A stretch of DNA of 64,000 nt from SAR202 cluster bacterium bin87 (GCA_002238825.1 MPNC01000004.1:5241-69240); one strand, 5' to 3'; numbered from the stretch's first letter, positions 1 through 8,570 are shown. The notes: generated by a model not told the origin, from the letters alone. Made by a program: numbers and translations.

Positions 1-195
1 CGGGACCGGCCACTGTTGCGAAGAGAGACGGCTAGAGGAATCAGGAACGCCAGCGCGAGCGCAAGCAATCCGATGACAAACAGCATGGCGAGATCCGGAG
101 GGTCCGTGTTCGGACGCCTTTTGCCTGGAGGCTTCGGCTCGTTTGGGTTGTCATGTCTCCGCCGTGTTCGCGACGATTCGGCCTGTGCGGACGCA

Positions 196-564
196 TCAAC
201 GCAGCCCGTGGAGCGGACACGTCACGACTCCACCGTCGTCCGGAACGAAGCCCAATAGGTCGGTGCCTTGGTGGGGGCAGATGTGGCCGTCGATCAGGCG
301 CCGGTCGGCATAGACTTCTCTGAGGTCGTGGAGCCACGGGACGTTTTCGTGGGAGTAGGGAGGGTAAGGCCCTTGGTACTTGCGCGCACGTAAGGACATC
401 CAGGACTCCGGATCGATTTCCAACCGGTGGATTTCGTCCAAAGCCAGCGGCTCTTCGCAACCATGCGGCGAGACGCAGGATATTGGCGTCGAATAAACCA
501 GGTTGAGGTGCGATACGTCAGGGGAGTCGAAGAGGAGGCGGTCGAGGTATTTCCTGATTTCCAT
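196..564 (-). CDS. Rieske [2Fe-2S] domain protein, C-terminus cut by an in-frame TGA
   Basis: 122-aa ORF ending ...DGHICPHQG-x17-CPLHGLR, which has the CxH...CxxH ligand spacing of Rieske clusters. Fourteen further in-frame codons (CVRTGRIVANTAET) continue to 151. Confidence 0.55.
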   Translation of the reverse strand: MEIRKYLDRLLFDSPDVSHLNLVYSTPISCVSPHGCEEPLALDEIHRLEIDPESWMSLRARKYQGPYPPYSHENVPWLHDLREVYADRRLIDGHICPHQGTDLLGFVPDDGGVVTCPLHGLR

Positions 565-753
565 GTTCAGGAAGCGGTAGTCGACGTGGACATCTTGGAA
601 ATCCGCCCCGATGTGCTCGCGGTCGGAGTGTACCGGTCCCAGGACGGGGAGCCAGCGTATCCGATCCGTGGGCCAGTGGGCGGTAGGAGTATGTTCACAG
701 TGGGTCGGTTACCCTTTCGGTCAACGACTGCGTGGATGCCAACGGGCTGCTGG

Positions 754-1442
754 CTATGGGGCCTGCTGGCTACCAGGCGCATCGAGGTGGCATCGTACGA
801 CCTTGACCGCGTCGGTCAACATGAACGCCACCTGCGCAGCGTGGAACGTGGTCATACAGAGTTCCTGTACATCGGGGTGGTTGTTCATGTGGTCCACGTT
901 GAGGCCGTACCTCTGGAGGTCGTCGAGCGTGATGACGCTGCCATGGCCCAGGTGTTGGTAGTAGCTGGAAATCTGGTCAGCAATATGCTGGCTGGTAGTG
1001 ACCTCAGGCGCATCCGGAGAGCGCGAATAGCTGTCGATCCAACCGCCGAGGGTCAGGCTCGACTCGGAAATGATGTGACGGGCGTCGTGGAATAGGCCGG
1101 GCGGTTGGGACACCAGAGCCATGAGATCTTCGCCGGTTCCCTCGGGGCTGCGCAGGCGCAGCAGCAGTTCGTTGCGCTCGTCCACCACGGCTTGGGCTGG
1201 CACCATCACGGAGCCGCCCATAGTCGGTACGACAACTAGCGGGTTGGTGGGGCTGAGCGAGGCAAAGCCTCCCAAGATGATCAGGTCGGCGGCGCAGGCT
1301 AGCATGGCAGCGGCCGACATGGCCCGCTGGGGCACGAATACCCTGATGTGCGCGTACCGGCCTCTGAGGGCTCTGACGATGGCCTGGGTGGCGGGCAGGG
1401 TGCCGCCTGGGCTGTGGAGAATGAGGTCGAGCTGGCGTTGGT
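754..1442 (-). pseudogene. SDH-family (Clp/SppA-fold) serine protease, C-terminal fragment
   Basis: QLDLILHSPGGTLPATQAIVRAL...RAMSAAAMLACAADLIILG resembles the core of serine-dehydrogenase-proteinase-type proteases. The ORF-track start at 1545 lies in island DNA. The missing N-terminal part is at 49603-50059. Confidence 0.7.
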
Positions 1443-1572
1443 CATGTGCGGCCATTGGCCGGTGAGGACCGGTGTAATGACCGAATTCCCGGTGCGCGCC
1501 GTGGGGATGCCGGTGGAAACGGAGGTTGGGATCGGGAACCGGCATTGCCCGGATAAAGCAGGGGTTTGAGTG

Positions 1573-1668
1573 TATTGAGGGCAGGAGGAAGGTTTTATGG
1601 GCAGGATGGGGAGTTTATGGGCAGGATTTTGAAATTACGGGCAGGTTGCCGAGTTTTTTGGGCAAGTG
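1573..1668 (+). repeat. Iteron-like array R1: 5 units phased at 20 bp (TTWTGGGCAGG)
   Basis: GGGCA cores at 1579, 1599, 1619, 1639 and 1660, each preceded by a T-rich run. The array lies ~130 bp inside the left island junction. Confidence 0.8.
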
Positions 1669-1701
1669 GTGTCGGGCTCTTGGCCGTGTGGGCCGGCGGC
1701 A

Positions 1702-1886
1702 GTGGAGGCTGAAGTTCAGGTCCGATGCCGAGGACGTGGCCCGATTTACCGAGATCCTGCTGTTGCTCCTGCTGCTGTTGATTGCACCTTCCTGGGGTCG
1801 ATCTCACCCGGGGCCGGGAGGCGCCAGGCGGTTGGCCGCTGGTTTGAGAGCCAGTTTAGCACATGGGTGCGTGGGCGGCAAGGCGA
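1702..1886 (+). repeat. Conserved ~180-nt non-coding element, family 2, copy 1
   Basis: Aligns with 2244-2417 (GTGGAGGCTGA...CCCGATTTACCGAG...GGGGTCGATC...GCGCCAGGCGGTTGGCCGC...GAGAGCCAGTTTAG.ACATGGGTGCG.GGCGGCAAGGCGA). Indels break every reading frame. Confidence 0.75.
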
Positions 1887-1931
1887 TGACAGGCGCGGGG
1901 AATCGCGCTTGTAGAGAAGGAGGAACGTACG

Positions 1932-2201
1932 ATGTTGACAGAAACCGTGGTTATCCCTTTCTGGTTTTTTCTCGTACCCTGGCTGACACTGTTGATCGTC
2001 GGTGCCTACACCATGTACCTCGTAGTCACTCCGGCCGCACGAAGTCCGGACCGAGCCAAAGGAACAAAATCCCAGCGAGGAGGAACACAAACGCAAACCC
2101 CCAACCACCCTGGCTCACGTGAAAACGCCTGCTTCCTCGGAGACTGCGCAACCACATCCCCACAGGAACCAACCCAATCAGAACGGAAACAACCCCGATG
2201 A
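1932..2201 (+). CDS. Small single-pass membrane protein (hypothetical)
   Basis: Strong SD (GAAGGAGGA) 7 nt before the ATG; N-terminal TM segment VVIPFWFFLVPWLTLLIVGAY. The tail has low GC3. The overlapping minus ORF 2026-2229 (2 TM, no SD) is an alternative. Confidence 0.35.
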   Translation: MLTETVVIPFWFFLVPWLTLLIVGAYTMYLVVTPAARSPDRAKGTKSQRGGTQTQTPNHPGSRENACFLGDCATTSPQEPTQSERKQPR

Positions 2202-2243
2202 TCTGAACTACTGCGACCTTGTCCAACATTTATCATCAACCTT

Positions 2244-2417
2244 GTGGAGGCTGAGTTTCTGGTCCGCTGCTGAGGAAGTCGCCCGATTTACCGAGGTCCT
2301 GCTGCTGCTGTTGTCACCTTCCTGGGGTCGATCACTGCCCGGGGCCGGGAAGCGCCAGGCGGTTGGCCGCTTGGTTTGAGAGCCAGTTTAGTACATGGGT
2401 GCGGGGCGGCAAGGCGA
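2244..2417 (+). repeat. Conserved ~180-nt non-coding element, family 2, copy 2
   Basis: See 1702-1886. It sits directly upstream of the next SD-led small membrane ORF. Confidence 0.75.
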
Positions 2418-2461
2418 AAACGGGCGATCTGTTTTTGTGACAAAGCCATTAGGAGGCTAAC

Positions 2462-2668
2462 ATGGAAAACCATATCTCCACCATCCTTGGCGCCATTGCC
2501 CTTTGTCTAGGCGGTCTGTACATCCTGGTTTTGATATTGCTCATAGAGATAGAGCGATTACCGCGCAAACTGCAAAACAGGCTGCAAGCACACCAGCGGC
2601 CCACCAAATCCAATAGCGAACCCGAGTCCGACGACGACTCCAACGCCACTGAGCCAGACCGTAATTGA
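2462..2668 (+). CDS. Small single-pass membrane protein (hypothetical)
   Basis: SD TTAGGAGGC 5 nt before the ATG; TM segment ILGAIALCLGGLYILVLILLI followed by an acidic tail. Confidence 0.45.
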   Translation: MENHISTILGAIALCLGGLYILVLILLIEIERLPRKLQNRLQAHQRPTKSNSEPESDDDSNATEPDRN

Positions 2669-2873
2669 TGACGCTCAGAAATATTGAGAGGCCGATACAG
2701 ACCTGGGCAACATCCCACAAAATCCCGGTCAGCACTTCCACAATTTTAGCGTTTATGTCGGGCGACGAAAGGAGTACATCCATGGCGGAACAAGTCACCC
2801 GCGAAGAATTTGATGACCTCAAAAAAACGGGTCGAGGCCATCGAAGCGTGTCTCGCCGTAGAGCCGTTATGGC

Positions 2874-3137
2874 TCACTCTTCTAAAAGCTGAAGCACAGC
2901 GCGAATCTCAACCTGCGCCCAGAATTGGCAAGCCTTCCAATCTTCTTCAGGGACGCAACTGAGCAGTTCACTGAGTTCCGGCGCCCGGTTACGGGCATCA
3001 GCTCTCTCAATAATTCCTTTCGATTCATCAGGCGTCATTAGCGCCAGTATCTCTCCCGGCAAATGCCGATGGGTCAAGTTCGTTCCGAAGGTGCCAGTAT
3101 CAAACGGTGCATTCGGCATCAAGTTCACCTTGGCCAT
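2874..3137 (-). CDS. Hypothetical protein
   Basis: 87-aa ORF with no recognised motif and a weak SD. Confidence 0.35.
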   Translation of the reverse strand: MAKVNLMPNAPFDTGTFGTNLTHRHLPGEILALMTPDESKGIIERADARNRAPELSELLSCVPEEDWKACQFWAQVEIRAVLQLLEE

Positions 3138-3386
3138 AGTTGGGCGTCCTGAGGGTAACAGGTGTGCTGGCCGCCGGGAATACCGACCTAGTCAAGGAAC
3201 TAGCCGACCAGCAGGACCCGCGCTACTGAGAGGCAGCCAATCCCACATTCCGGACCTCTGCAAGGCCAATCCAAACAAGAACTCTTCGTTTCTGCACGCT
3301 CCCGAGAACTCGAAACGTTGTACCTCAGCGATACGTACCGATACTCACTCGGGTCCACCCGACCAGAAAGCAAGGATGGTGAACCA

Positions 3387-3542
3387 ATGGCCTACATAGT
3401 TCTGACCGGCATCGCCGCGGTCGGCGTCATCTGCATGATGGTCGGGCTCTACACCGGCGAACCAGTCACTATCGGCGGCGCCATCGTAGCGCTGCTGGGA
3501 GGTGTCGGCGGGCTGGCGCTGAAGGCCATGACCGGCGACTGA
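3387..3542 (+). CDS. Small membrane protein (51 aa)
   Basis: Internal ATG of ORF 3318-3542, preceded by AAGGATGG. MAYIVLTGIAAVGVICMMVGLY...GGAIVALLGGVGGLALKA gives two hydrophobic segments. Confidence 0.5.
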   Translation: MAYIVLTGIAAVGVICMMVGLYTGEPVTIGGAIVALLGGVGGLALKAMTGD

Positions 3543-3555
3543 ACCGCAGCGGATT

Positions 3556-4176
3556 TTATCGAAACGTCCTTGCTCGTCCCGCGCGCCCGAGATTTGAATG
3601 ACGTGGTGAACTTCCTGCTCTAATCTCAAACTTGCCGAACTCGACCCACGCAACTTCGGATCGGAACAATTCACCAATCTTAGTCAAATCACGGTCGATT
3701 CCGCTACCGGGACGCAAAATCTTAATGTGCGGTTGGTAGTGTCGAGCCCCGAAAGCATTGGTCCAATCTGTTGTTGCCTTCCGGTTCTTGGTTGCTTTGG
3801 CGGTTTCCCTTCGGTACAAGTCTCTTCTCATATCTAAGACGGCACCGATAGCCCGGTTGCGCCTGGTCAGTCGAATTCCCACTGAACGTCGTGCTGGCTC
3901 CAGTTCCGGACGTGGGTTTTCCCCGCCTGGGGCCAACACCATGAAACGCGTTTCCACGGTATCGGCAGCAACCTGTATGGGTCGCGACGTAGAGACCAGG
4001 CCTTGTATGGGTCGCCTGGCCTCGTAAACGGTCAGATGGAGTCGCCGTTGGACCGCTTCGCTTGGGATGTTGCATTCATTGACCAGAAGGTCAGCAATTC
4101 TTTCCTCACATTGTTTAGTGACCCACAATAGCCCGAATACCCTAAAAGGCCGAAATACGGGATGACCAATTGGCAT
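3556..4176 (-). CDS. Hypothetical protein, possible 2H-phosphoesterase (LigT-like) fold
   Basis: RLHLTVYEA and QPHIKILRPG resemble the two HxT/S motifs of LigT (nLHLTLaF / HPHITLLR), but the second motif has K in place of T. SD GGAG is present. Confidence 0.55.
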   Translation of the reverse strand: MPIGHPVFRPFRVFGLLWVTKQCEERIADLLVNECNIPSEAVQRRLHLTVYEARRPIQGLVSTSRPIQVAADTVETRFMVLAPGGENPRPELEPARRSVGIRLTRRNRAIGAVLDMRRDLYRRETAKATKNRKATTDWTNAFGARHYQPHIKILRPGSGIDRDLTKIGELFRSEVAWVEFGKFEIRAGSSPRHSNLGRAGRARTFR

Positions 4177-4234
4177 GAAAGCTCCGACATACTAAGAATA
4201 TGGTCCCAAAGCGGCCTCGCCCGAAAAATGAAAA

Positions 4235-4993
4235 TCACAATCGTAAAGTGTGGGCACTATGACGCTGGCAACGGTCGCTGTTGTGGCCAGTAGTTTTTCC
4301 ACAAACGTTGCCTCGATTATTGACATATTGGCATGTCCAGTCTGGCAGTTCTATTTTCCATCTTGGACACGGAGTCGGTGCGTCAAATTGCGCCAGAGTC
4401 GTTTTTATGCTTTTTCGCCGTCCGACCGTCAGCACTTCGGGTAGCTGGGGCACTGGGTAGTCCGTGTTGATGGTTGCCAAAGCCTCTGGTTTGCCGATTA
4501 TCCAAAGTGCGCTGTTACCCGGGTAGTACCAAGATCGTCCTGCGCCTGCATATAGGATTTCCAGGGTAAGTCCGGATAGCCTTTTTCGCAGGCACTCCGA
4601 CCTGCCGATTCTGCCCGCAAGCTCTTGGACAGCTTTCTCACCGTCGAATCCGCTGTATGCGGCCGTGTAGTAGGGTTGAGGGATGTAAACAGCTGCGTTC
4701 TTCTCGACGCGGGCTGCCCCTTCGTGGTCTATCAAGATGCTGCCGATCCCGAAACTGAACCCCTCACACGGGTAGTGCCTGCGGATGGACCCTGTCGCGA
4801 TGATGCCGAAGCACGGGTTGTTGTCTTCGGTGAAAAGGACACCTTGGTTAGCGTGTCTGAACGCTTCCAGCAGTGCCCGACCGTATGCGGTGAGGCAATC
4901 GCCGTCGTGGAGGCAGCGTTGACGGTAGTCAGTCAGCCCACTGTTGCAGTGGTCCGTTGGACCTGTCCCTGGTTCGTGAGTGAACTGCGGCAT
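4235..4993 (-). CDS. Hypothetical protein with C-terminal Cys/His zinc-binding-like tail
   Basis: 252-aa ORF whose tail reads CPRW...CQYVNNRGNVCGKTTGHNSDRCQRHSAH. No family recognised. Confidence 0.55.
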   Translation of the reverse strand: MPQFTHEPGTGPTDHCNSGLTDYRQRCLHDGDCLTAYGRALLEAFRHANQGVLFTEDNNPCFGIIATGSIRRHYPCEGFSFGIGSILIDHEGAARVEKNAAVYIPQPYYTAAYSGFDGEKAVQELAGRIGRSECLRKRLSGLTLEILYAGAGRSWYYPGNSALWIIGKPEALATINTDYPVPQLPEVLTVGRRKSIKTTLAQFDAPTPCPRWKIELPDWTCQYVNNRGNVCGKTTGHNSDRCQRHSAHTLRL

Positions 4994-5064
4994 TACAACG
5001 TTCTCCCGATGGAAGCTGACTCATTGGCGGCTGTCGTCGTATCTCCACGAATTACACATGGTTT

Positions 5065-6159
5065 TCATTCGTCTGGCTCGATATCGCGAAACATCAGTTT
5101 GCCGTCGACACGGCTGGCATGTACCACCACAGATCCGTTCACCATGGAGCCAAGCCTGTCGTCCACTTCCTCACCCACATTGTTGATTGTCTGATTTTCA
5201 CCGTTTTCGTCCACGACTTCAATCCAGTCGCGGTCTAAGTGCAGGGCGCGCAGTACGCCTCTGATCAGAACATCCTCTCCCTCTGCCGCGACTGTGGACG
5301 ATAAAGCTTGAATTGCTCCGCTGATCGCATATTTGGTGTCGGGCATAAGAACGAGAGGGGCAGGCGAATCCGAAACGGCAATGGTCAACCGGTTGAATTG
5401 CTTACCATTTGGCACTAGGTCTCGTGTTAGCTTGAGGAAGGTCAATCGATAATCAACGTCCGGGACCATTTCGCTCAACATTCCTTCGGGAGAACCGGCG
5501 CACGCCTGCAATATGTCGTAGGCGCCGTCAACGATATCCTTTGGCGTCAACTCGTTGCTCTCAAGCGGCAGTTGCCGCGTTGGTTGGACAGACATGGCGA
5601 ATCGGTAGCTGCCTGGGGCGGCTTGGAATGTCCAAGGTCGATATGCATCTCGTATTTCCTTGCTTGGCTCTCCGCGTCTGCGATGCGGCAGCTGCTTCCA
5701 GTGCTCCACCGTTCGATAGAAGACCGTGGTTATTTTACGAATTTTCGAAGTTACCAAATCTGATGGAGCGCCTCCGTGCATGATTGTTCCCCCACTGAGC
5801 GAAACAATCATCTGGGCGTGGTGCATCTCCGACAGGGCTCGCTGCCACTTCATGGTTTCCAACAAATGCTGCAATTGCTCTCGTGCAAAATCGGGCAAGT
5901 GGCTTGACCCCAAACACCGGTGCGCCAATATGCTTGCTTCATCGAGCTGCATGGCTTTATAGCGCAGCGCAACTGCACTGACCGCGATAATGCCGAGGGT
6001 GCGCGTACTATTCGCGTCAACTCCCTGAAGGGCTTTACCCTCGGCATCTGCAGCCTTTGCATAGAGTTCCATTGCAGCAGAGGATTCCCCACGGCGCGTG
6101 GCAGCTTCCGCGTCGGACGCGAACCGTTCGCTCTCAATGTGGCGCTCCACCCAAGTCAC
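5065..6159 (-). CDS. Hypothetical protein (helical/TPR-like N-terminus)
   Basis: 364-aa ORF starting 2 nt after the stop of the upstream gene (6162), so probably co-transcribed. Confidence 0.6.
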   Translation of the reverse strand: MTWVERHIESERFASDAEAATRRGESSAAMELYAKAADAEGKALQGVDANSTRTLGIIAVSAVALRYKAMQLDEASILAHRCLGSSHLPDFAREQLQHLLETMKWQRALSEMHHAQMIVSLSGGTIMHGGAPSDLVTSKIRKITTVFYRTVEHWKQLPHRRRGEPSKEIRDAYRPWTFQAAPGSYRFAMSVQPTRQLPLESNELTPKDIVDGAYDILQACAGSPEGMLSEMVPDVDYRLTFLKLTRDLVPNGKQFNRLTIAVSDSPAPLVLMPDTKYAISGAIQALSSTVAAEGEDVLIRGVLRALHLDRDWIEVVDENGENQTINNVGEEVDDRLGSMVNGSVVVHASRVDGKLMFRDIEPDE

Positions 6160-6161
6160 GG

Positions 6162-6701
6162 CTACTCCACTTTGCCTAGACGTATCAATTTAGATTGAAA
6201 ACCAACCACGCCGGCCATGGCAGGGAGGTTGCTGTTTCCTGATGCCGCCTGCTGCAACTTGTCGTTTAATCTTCTGGAGATCGTTGCTGCGTTTCCACTG
6301 TCAACGCCTGACACTTCGAGACGGATGAAACGCTCCCAATCGTGAGGAGTGGCATCAAGGGGGGCCACATAGTAATCTGCTCCAGTTTCGGTTTCGGCGC
6401 GCCGAACTGCCACCAATGGACCCATCAACTCGACTGCGGCCAGGACACACGCATAGGCGCCCGCCTCAGTGGCGTCCGTCGTGTTGGCCCAAGCGTTTTT
6501 GATGCGTTCATCGGTAGAGGACCATATCGCCAAAGCGTTTAGCTGGTCTGCGTCCCAGCCGATTGTGAAATCGACCGGGGAGCAGTGGTGGCGGTCAAGG
6601 CACACTCGAGCCCCTTCGGTCCAATGTTCTGCAATCGAGTCGGTAAGGCCGTGATGCCGCTGCGACATGTCGGCTATTGGCAGGATCGGTTGGGACATCA
6701 A
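6162..6701 (-). CDS. Hypothetical protein, possible restriction-endonuclease-like (PD-(D/E)XK-like) core
   Basis: 179 aa. TEAGAYACV...TGADYYV...IRLEVSGV resembles an E...D...ExK layout, with S where K is expected. This is tentative. Confidence 0.5.
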   Translation of the reverse strand: MMSQPILPIADMSQRHHGLTDSIAEHWTEGARVCLDRHHCSPVDFTIGWDADQLNALAIWSSTDERIKNAWANTTDATEAGAYACVLAAVELMGPLVAVRRAETETGADYYVAPLDATPHDWERFIRLEVSGVDSGNAATISRRLNDKLQQAASGNSNLPAMAGVVGFQSKLIRLGKVE

Positions 6702-7037
6702 TAGTTCCTGGGATCAAAATCGGTTGAGGAACGCATCGCGCTGGCGTTTTGTGTATGGCCATTATGGCAAGGTGGTTAGAACTAGGTACATGGCCACGCC
6801 GAATGCCGACAAGATTCCCAGACCCATCCCGACCCGTACAGACATGGGCATCTGTTGACGGAAGGGGCGCGGAGTCCGATGCCTAATTCGGGCTGCACGG
6901 GGTTTCTGTTTCCTGCTCATCAAACAACTCCTGAGGCTGCGCATTTCGCGGCCCCTAAGGGTTGACATGAGCATTAGGCAGGTAGTATCCTAAGCCGGTT
7001 TTTGCTTGTGTCAGCTCTTTCAGAGCCGCACGAATCC

Positions 7038-7068
7038 GCCGGGGTGTAAAAGGCGCCCCGGCTTTTTT
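7038..7068 (+). terminator. Rho-independent terminator
   Basis: GCCGGGGTG-loop-CGCCCCGGC followed by TTTTTT. Confidence 0.7.
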
Positions 7069-7361
7069 GCGTGAATGATCGATTATTGAGTTATGGCGAT
7101 ATTGTTGCTCCGAGCCCCGAGTGGATGGGCGGTAGGATATCAGCCGGGAGGCTCGCCGGGAAGACCAGCCACAGGAAAGATGCCGAAGGTGGGTGTACGA
7201 TTGGAACTGGGCGAAAGAATGGAGCCAATCGGTCCGAAGAGCGAAAACGGTCGCCCTATCTCGTGAGCTTCACTATCGTAGCTCGCTCATCCCGTCCTCT
7301 CTGCTCGGACGGGATGCATAAGGCGCATTCACAGGCGTAACATCACGAAGGAAGGCGTCGC

Positions 7362-7541
7362 ATGCCAACCCTGTTTCCCGGTGTCAAAGTTTTCCTGGCC
7401 GTCTTGGCTGTTTTGGGGATTGTGGGCTTCGTCGGACTCGTCGTGGGCGTGTCGCGCCTGTACCTGGCGGCCACCGTCCTTGCCATGGTCTGGGCCGTTT
7501 GGGCGATCGTAGGCGCGGTCATGGCGAGATTGGACAAATGA
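7362..7541 (+). CDS. Small two-TM membrane protein (59 aa, below ORF-track cutoff)
   Basis: SD GAAGGAAGG 7 nt upstream. Product is MPTLFPGVKVFLAVLAVLGIVGFVGLVVGVSRLYLAATVLAMVWAVWAIVGAVMARLDK. Confidence 0.55.
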   Translation: MPTLFPGVKVFLAVLAVLGIVGFVGLVVGVSRLYLAATVLAMVWAVWAIVGAVMARLDK

Positions 7542-7613
7542 ACGAGTGAGGCCCTGATGTTCAGGTGTTGGCGGCCTTCTCGTCCGCCGCATCCACGGCC
7601 GGCGTTATCGCCG
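7538..7613 (+). repeat. 76-bp repeat, copy 1
   Basis: About 93% identical to 8404-8481 (AATGAACGAGTGAGGCCC...GGCCTTCTCGTCCGCCGCATCCACGGCCGGCGTTATCGCCG). Contains an ACGAG..AGGCC / GGCCT..CTCGT stem. Confidence 0.8.
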
Positions 7614-7739
7614 ACCGGGTGAACAGGTTGGGCGGCGGGCGGAACCTCGGACCGCCCCACCCGCCGGACGTTGACCACGCCGGGGCTATTGCCCCGACTG
7701 CCCGTCCTGGATTGTCGCCCCGTCTTCGCAATTTCCACC

Positions 7740-8309
7740 TCACCGCCAGTTGCCACGGTCGAACAGGTCGATGTAAATGTTTTCGTAAAGGTCGAGTTCG
7801 CCCGGTCTGTCATCCCCCGCGTAGCGCACGTAGGCCCCCACTCGAACCAACATCGGCTCAGTCAATTTGTCAAAGTCCACGTAATCAGGCATTGGGATCT
7901 CGCAGGCCCGGCCATCCTCATAAGCGTGATGGTGATGCTCGTCCTGGGGGTAGATTTCGCATGAAGTCCCGAACGACCAACCTTGATACTCGACGTTCAC
8001 ATCCCACTGACTGCGTTGGAACTGCCACCCGTCAGGCGGCGGCGGGGCATTGTTCACTATCGTTACAACCAATAAGGAATGATCTGATTCGTGATAGTAC
8101 GCCTCCGTGTGCAGGGAAACCTGGCCGGCCAACCCGAGAGCCGGATAGGGCGTAGGAGTCGGCGTCGGATGAATATGGTCAGTGCCGTCCTCGTGGGCTT
8201 GGACTATGTTGGCGACGGGTTGGGGCGACCATAAACCAGTGATGGCTATGACTCCCATCAATGCCAGGGCAGCCGCTATCGCCATGATCCCAAGGGTTTT
8301 GCGTGGCAT
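7740..8309 (-). CDS. Secreted/anchored His-rich hypothetical protein
   Basis: Start moved to MPRKTLGIMAIAAALALMGV (SD GAAGGAG 7 nt upstream). Signal-anchor present; contains HHHH and PTPTPTP. Confidence 0.6.
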   Translation of the reverse strand: MPRKTLGIMAIAAALALMGVIAITGLWSPQPVANIVQAHEDGTDHIHPTPTPTPYPALGLAGQVSLHTEAYYHESDHSLLVVTIVNNAPPPPDGWQFQRSQWDVNVEYQGWSFGTSCEIYPQDEHHHHAYEDGRACEIPMPDYVDFDKLTEPMLVRVGAYVRYAGDDRPGELDLYENIYIDLFDRGNWR

Positions 8310-8403
8310 GATTCGCTCCTTCGGTTGGGCCTGCCCCATAATAGAGGCCTCTGTCCCAAAATGCATCCCAAAACGGCTATTATGGGACAAAGCCCCTCCT
8401 CAT

Positions 8404-8481
8404 AATGAACGAGTGAGGCCCCTGCTGTTCAGGTGTCGGTGGCCTTCTCGTCCGCCGCATCCACGGCCGGCGTTATCGCCG
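8404..8481 (+). repeat. 76-bp repeat, copy 2
   Basis: See 7538-7613. Confidence 0.8.
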
Positions 8482-8570
8482 GCTGGACAGGAAAGGCCCG
8501 AGCGAAAAGCATGGCCGTGGTCTTGCCATAGACCAGCGCTGATTACGGTGGGAGGATTGGCTATCCACGG

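Noticed and set aside
427-1095. 222-aa plus-strand ORF
   Set aside because: It is antisense to the Rieske gene and the protease fragment, which have clear motifs. No SD is present.
1526-2122. 198-aa plus-strand ORF spanning R1 and the family-2 repeat
   Set aside because: The frame runs through the 20-bp array and the non-coding repeat (the poly-Leu comes from CTGCTG). The second repeat copy does not keep the frame.
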